Assembly: GCA_963827755.1 (NCBI GenBank)
Contig: CAWHCQ010000032.1
Coordinates: 1 to 12,218, forward strand
Source: an uncultured Gammaproteobacteria bacterium
Lineage (GTDB): Bacteria > Pseudomonadota > Gammaproteobacteria > UBA9214
DNA: 12,218 bases
Reading direction: 5' to 3'
Shown piece after piece: positions 8,120 to 12,218 of this stretch. The notes under the pieces were generated by a model, which was given only the letters and a program-made list of their open reading frames with translations, made no database searches and was not told the origin of the DNA. A program made the translations under genes and the position numbers. Every line of letters begins with the position of its first letter. Position 1 is the stretch's first letter.

Positions 8120-9211
8120 ATGGGTATGCAGCAGACCTTTTATGAGGCCATGCGCGAGCATGGTATTACACGCCGCAGTTTCCTGAAATTCTGTAGTCTC
8201 ACCGCCGCCGGGCTTGGCTTGGGGCCGGAGTTCGCGGGCACCATCGCCCACGCGCTGGAGACCAAGCCGCGCACGCCGGTGATCTGGCTGCACGGTCTGG
8301 AGTGCACCTGTTGCTCAGAGTCCTTCATCCGCTCGGGACACCCGCTGGCGGCCGATGTCATCCTGTCGATGATCTCGCTGGATTACGACGACACCCTGAT
8401 GGCCGCTGCCGGTCACCAGGCGGAGGAAATTCTCGAGCAGACCATCGAAAAGTACGACGGCAACTTCATTCTCGCCTGTGAAGGCAACCCGCCGCTGAAC
8501 GAGGACGGTATGTACTGTATTCAGGCAGGCAAGCCCTATGTGGAGAAACTGCGCCGCATGGCCAGTCACTGCAAGGCCATCATTGCCTGGGGCTCCTGTG
8601 CCTCATGGGGCTGCGTACAGGCGGCGAAGCCGAATCCAACGCGCGCCGTACCCATCCACAAGGTAATCACCGATAAACCGATCATCAAGGTGCCGGGTTG
8701 TCCCCCGATCGCGGAGGTCATGACGGGTGTGATCACCTACATGCTGACTTTCGATCGCTTTCCCGAGCTCGACCGCCAGGGAAGGCCGAAGATGTTCTAT
8801 GGCCAGCGCCTGCACGACAAGTGCTACCGGCGGCCACATTTCGACGCCGGCCAGTTCGTCGAGCGTTTCGATGACGAGGGCGCCCGCAAGGGGTATTGCC
8901 TGTACAAGGTGGGCTGCAAGGGACCGACCACATACAACGCCTGCTCCACCGTGGAATGGAACGGCGGATTGTCCTGGCCGGTCAAGTCGGGGCACGGTTG
9001 CCTGGGCTGTGCCGAGGACAACTTCTGGGATCGCGGCTCCTTCTACAGTTCGGTCACGCACCTCAACGTACCCGGCAATGTCGAGTTGACCGCCAACCAG
9101 GTCGGTGGCGTACTCGCGGGCGCCGCCGCCATCGGTGTTGCGGCCCACGCTGCAGCATCGGTCATCAGCCATTCAAAAGATAGCAACAAGGGAGGCACCA
9201 GCCATGACTGA
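8120..9211 (+). CDS. hupS: Membrane-bound [NiFe]-hydrogenase small subunit (HupS/HoxK/HyaA type) with Tat signal
   Basis: GGAGGAG RBS (8104-8110) before ATG 8120. Twin-arginine [51 protein letters not shown] and a C-terminal membrane anchor. Confidence 0.96.
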   Translation: MGMQQTFYEAMREHGITRRSFLKFCSLTAAGLGLGPEFAGTIAHALETKPRTPVIWLHGLECTCCSESFIRSGHPLAADVILSMISLDYDDTLMAAAGHQAEEILEQTIEKYDGNFILACEGNPPLNEDGMYCIQAGKPYVEKLRRMASHCKAIIAWGSCASWGCVQAAKPNPTRAVPIHKVITDKPIIKVPGCPPIAEVMTGVITYMLTFDRFPELDRQGRPKMFYGQRLHDKCYRRPHFDAGQFVERFDDEGARKGYCLYKVGCKGPTTYNACSTVEWNGGLSWPVKSGHGCLGCAEDNFWDRGSFYSSVTHLNVPGNVELTANQVGGVLAGAAAIGVAAHAAASVISHSKDSNKGGTSHD

Positions 9212-10988
9212 GACGGTCACTCCTAACGGTTTCAAACTCGACAACAGAGGGCAGCGTGTGGTGGTCGACCCGGTCTGCCGTATCGAGGGCCACTTGCGTA
9301 TCGAGGTCAACCTCGATGACAACAACGTCATCCGCAATGCGGTGTCCACCGGCAACATGTGGCGCGGCCTCGAGGTCATTCTCAAGGGACGCGATCCGCG
9401 CGACGCCTGGGCCTTTACCGAACGCATCTGCGGTGTCTGCACCGGCGTGCACGCCCTGGCCTCGGTGCGTGCGGTCGAGGATGCGCTGGGTATCCAGATT
9501 CCCGAAAATGCCAATCACATCCGTAATCTGATGATGCTGGCGCAGTACACCCAGGACCACCTGGTGCATTTCTACCACCTGCACGCGCTGGACTGGGTCG
9601 ACGTGGTCAGTGCGCTGAAGGCCGATCCCAAGGCGACCTCGACGCTGCAGCAGAGCATCTCCAGCTGGCCCAAGTCATCGCCGGGTTATTTCCGCGATGT
9701 CCAGGCGCGGCTGAAGCGCTTTGTCGAGTCGGGCCAGCTGGGACCGTTCTCCAATGCCTACTGGGGCAGTCCGGCCTACAAGCTGCCGCCCGAGGCCAAC
9801 CTGATGGCGGTGACCCATTACCTGGAGGCGCTCGACTTCCAGCGCGAGATCGTCAAGATCCATACCATCTTCGGCGGCCGCAACCCGCACCCGAACTGGG
9901 TGGTCGGCGGCATGCCCTGCTCGTTCAGTCTGAACGAGACCGGTGGCATCAACATGGAGTGGCTCAACCTGGTGTCATCCATCATCGACCGTTCCATCGA
10001 GTTCATCGACCAGGTCTACATTCCGGATCTCAAGGCGATCGCCTCGTTCTACAAGGACTGGACCTACGGCGGCGGTCTGTCGAGCAAGAACCTGATGTCC
10101 TACGGCGATTTCCCGAATGTCGCCAACGACTGGTCGCAGGAGAACATGCTGATGCCGGGCGGCGCCATCATCAACGGCGACCTGTCCACGGTGCACGAGG
10201 TCGATGTGCGCGATCCGGAGCAGATCCAGGAGTTCGTCGACCCACTCCTGGTACAAGTATCCGGACGAATCCAAGGGCCTGCATCCCTGGGACGGCATCA
10301 CCGAACCGAACTTCGAGCTGGGTCCGAATACCAAGGGTACCAAGACCAACATCGAGCAGATCGACGAAAGCGCCAAGTACTCCTTCGTCAAGGCACCGCG
10401 CTGGCGCGGTAATGCCATGGAGGTGGGGCCGCTGGCGCGCTACGTGGTGGCCTATGCGCGCGGCGACGAAGAGATCAAGGACCAGGTCGACGGTCTGCTG
10501 CAGGACCTCGGTCTGCCGCTGACGGCGCTCTTCTCCACCCTGGGCCGCACCGCGGCGCGCGGTCTGGAGTGTTCCTGGGCGGCGCACAAGATGCGCTACG
10601 TGTTCGACAACATGATGGCCAACCTCAAGGCCGGCGATACGGCAACGGCCAACATGGACAAGTGGGAACCGGAAACCTGGCCAGCCGACGCCAAGGGCGT
10701 CGGGCACGTGGAGGCGCCGCGCGGCGCACTGGGCCACTGGGTCCACATCAAGGATACGAAGATCGACAACTACCAGGCCGTGGTGCCGACCACCTGGAAC
10801 GCCTCACCGCGCGATCCGGCGGGCAATATCGGCGCCTACGAGGCGGCCCTGCTGGACACGCCGATGGCCAACCCCGAGCAGCCGCTGGAGATCCTGCGCA
10901 CGATGCACAGCTTCGATCCCTGCCTGGCCTGCTCGACGCACGTCATGTCGCCGGACGGCGAGGAGCTGGCGCGGTGAAGATACGCTAG
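9204..10988 (+). CDS. hupL: [NiFe]-hydrogenase large subunit (HupL/HoxG/HyaB type); two apparent frameshifts near 10241-10243 (+1) and 10973 (-1)
   Basis: GGAGG RBS, ATG 9204, DPVCRIEGH and L1 ERICGVC in one frame. HSWY...[10 protein letters not shown]...L2 [10 protein letters not shown] follows in the next frame, and the tail VKIR-stop is back in the first frame. Repaired length is 594 aa. Confidence 0.93.
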
Positions 10989-10999
10989 AGAGGCCGATC

Positions 11000-11731
11000 A
11001 TGAAATATCGCAAATGGAAACACATGCGCCCGGAGATCCGCTGTATCGACCACACCCCGGTCAACCAGCAGGCCGTGTACGTCTACCAGGCGCCGCAACG
11101 CATCTGGCACTGGCTGCACGCCATCAGTTTCGCGGTCCTGGCGGTCACCGGCTATCTCATCGCCAATCCGCTTCCGTCGGTGGGCGGCGAGGCCAGCGAG
11201 CACTTCATTATGGGCAACATCCGCCTGATCCACTTCATCTCCGCCTATGTCTTCGCCATCGGCTTCCTGGTGCGCATCTACTGGGCCATCGTCGGCAACT
11301 ACTACGCGCGGGAGATCTTCGTGCTGCCGGTATGGAATCGGCACTGGTGGCAGGGGATGCTCTACGAGATCCGTTTCTACCTGTTCCTGGAAAAGAGCAT
11401 CCACAAGGAACTGGGGCACAACCCGCTGGCCCAGACGGCCATGTTCGTCTTCAATACCCTGGGCACGATATTCATGATCGTGACCGGCTTTGCCCTCTAT
11501 TCCGAGGGGCTCGGCGAGGGAAGCTGGGCCGACCTCCTGTTTGGCTGGGTGATTCCCCTCATCGGTGACGCCGAGGCGACGCACAACTGGCACCACTTGG
11601 GCATGTGGGTCATGATCGCGTTCGTCATCGTCCATATCTACATGGCGGTGCGCGCGGACATTATCTCCCGGCAGAGCAGCGTCAGCACCATCATCAGCGG
11701 CTGGCGGATGTTCAAGGATGACCAGCCCTGA
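11000..11731 (+). CDS. hupC: Ni/Fe-hydrogenase b-type cytochrome subunit (HupC/HoxZ/HyaC)
   Basis: VYVYQAPQRIWHW, RLIHF, GHNPLAQ, WHHLGMW and HIYMAVR; four hydrophobic helices; operon position. Confidence 0.95.
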   Translation: MKYRKWKHMRPEIRCIDHTPVNQQAVYVYQAPQRIWHWLHAISFAVLAVTGYLIANPLPSVGGEASEHFIMGNIRLIHFISAYVFAIGFLVRIYWAIVGNYYAREIFVLPVWNRHWWQGMLYEIRFYLFLEKSIHKELGHNPLAQTAMFVFNTLGTIFMIVTGFALYSEGLGEGSWADLLFGWVIPLIGDAEATHNWHHLGMWVMIAFVIVHIYMAVRADIISRQSSVSTIISGWRMFKDDQP

Positions 11732-11743
11732 GGGTGCCGGCGC

Positions 11744-12218
11744 ATGCGAGACCGATACTCTGGTGCTCGGTATCGGCAATCTGCTGTGGGCCGACGAGGG
11801 TTTCGGGGTGCGGGGCGTGGAGGCACTGGATAGCCGGCGGTTTCTTCGCCGAGGTGCGGCTGATGGACGGCGGCACCCAGGGCTTGGTCTTGCTGCCCTA
11901 CGTCCGCGGCGGCTCGCGTTTGATCTTGGATGCGGTGGATTTCGGTCTGGCACCCGGCGAGGTGTGCTCGATTCGCGACGACGATGTGCCGCGGTATTTA
12001 GGTGCCAAAAAAATCAGCATGCACCAGACCGGGTTCCAGGAGGTGCTGGCGGCGGCCCGGATGCTGGGGGATATCCGGAGCGGCTGGCGCTGATCGGGGT
12101 GCAGCCGGTGGAATTGGACGATTACGGCGGCAGCCTGCGCGACATTACCCGGCAGCGTATCCCCGAGGCCATAGCCCGGGCCTGTTCCGTGTTGCAGGAC
12201 TGGGGAGTGCCGTTCCAC
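11744..12218 (+). CDS. hupD: Hydrogenase maturation endopeptidase (HupD/HoxM/HyaD); several frameshifts, runs off the window
   Basis: LVLGIGNLLWADEGFGV from 11760 (frame 3), DGGTQGL...DAVDFG...SMHQTGFQEVL (frame 1), then LIGVQPVELDDYGGSL after another shift near 12070. The start is approximate. Confidence 0.88.

Noticed and set aside
8057-9203. ORF-track starts at 8057 (small subunit) and 9105 (large subunit)
   Set aside because: Strong RBSs and family-typical N-termini point to ATG 8120 and ATG 9204.
10230-10250. Programmed ribosomal frameshift or naturally split large subunit
   Set aside because: No slippery heptamer or stimulator, and similar indels in neighbouring genes give a simpler explanation.

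Overview
Chromosomal segment of a roughly 60% GC proteobacterium, probably Gammaproteobacteria (inferred from the tRNA sequences, the CTG-N10-CAG SOS box and GlnRS). From left to right it holds: the 3' end of tRNA-Cys; a tRNA-Leu(UAA) split by a 245-nt cyanobacterial/plastid-type (IC3) group I intron; and a minus-strand LexA-box operon of a Y-family (DinB-like) polymerase plus a very small 136-aa SRAP/YedK/HMCES-like protein. Next come an RpfC-like hybrid sensor kinase whose AT-rich membrane region is broken by frameshifts, gltX-glnS, tRNA-Ala(GGC) and tRNA-Glu(UUC), and a truncated rtT-like tRNA-linked repeat. The right end is an O2-tolerant-type membrane-bound [NiFe]-hydrogenase operon (small subunit, large subunit, cytochrome b, maturation protease). 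Single-base indels in several unrelated genes suggest sequencing or assembly errors, so pseudogene calls are uncertain. The most notable items are the tRNA intron, the SOS polymerase/mini-SRAP cassette and the rtT-like element antisense to its own tRNA.
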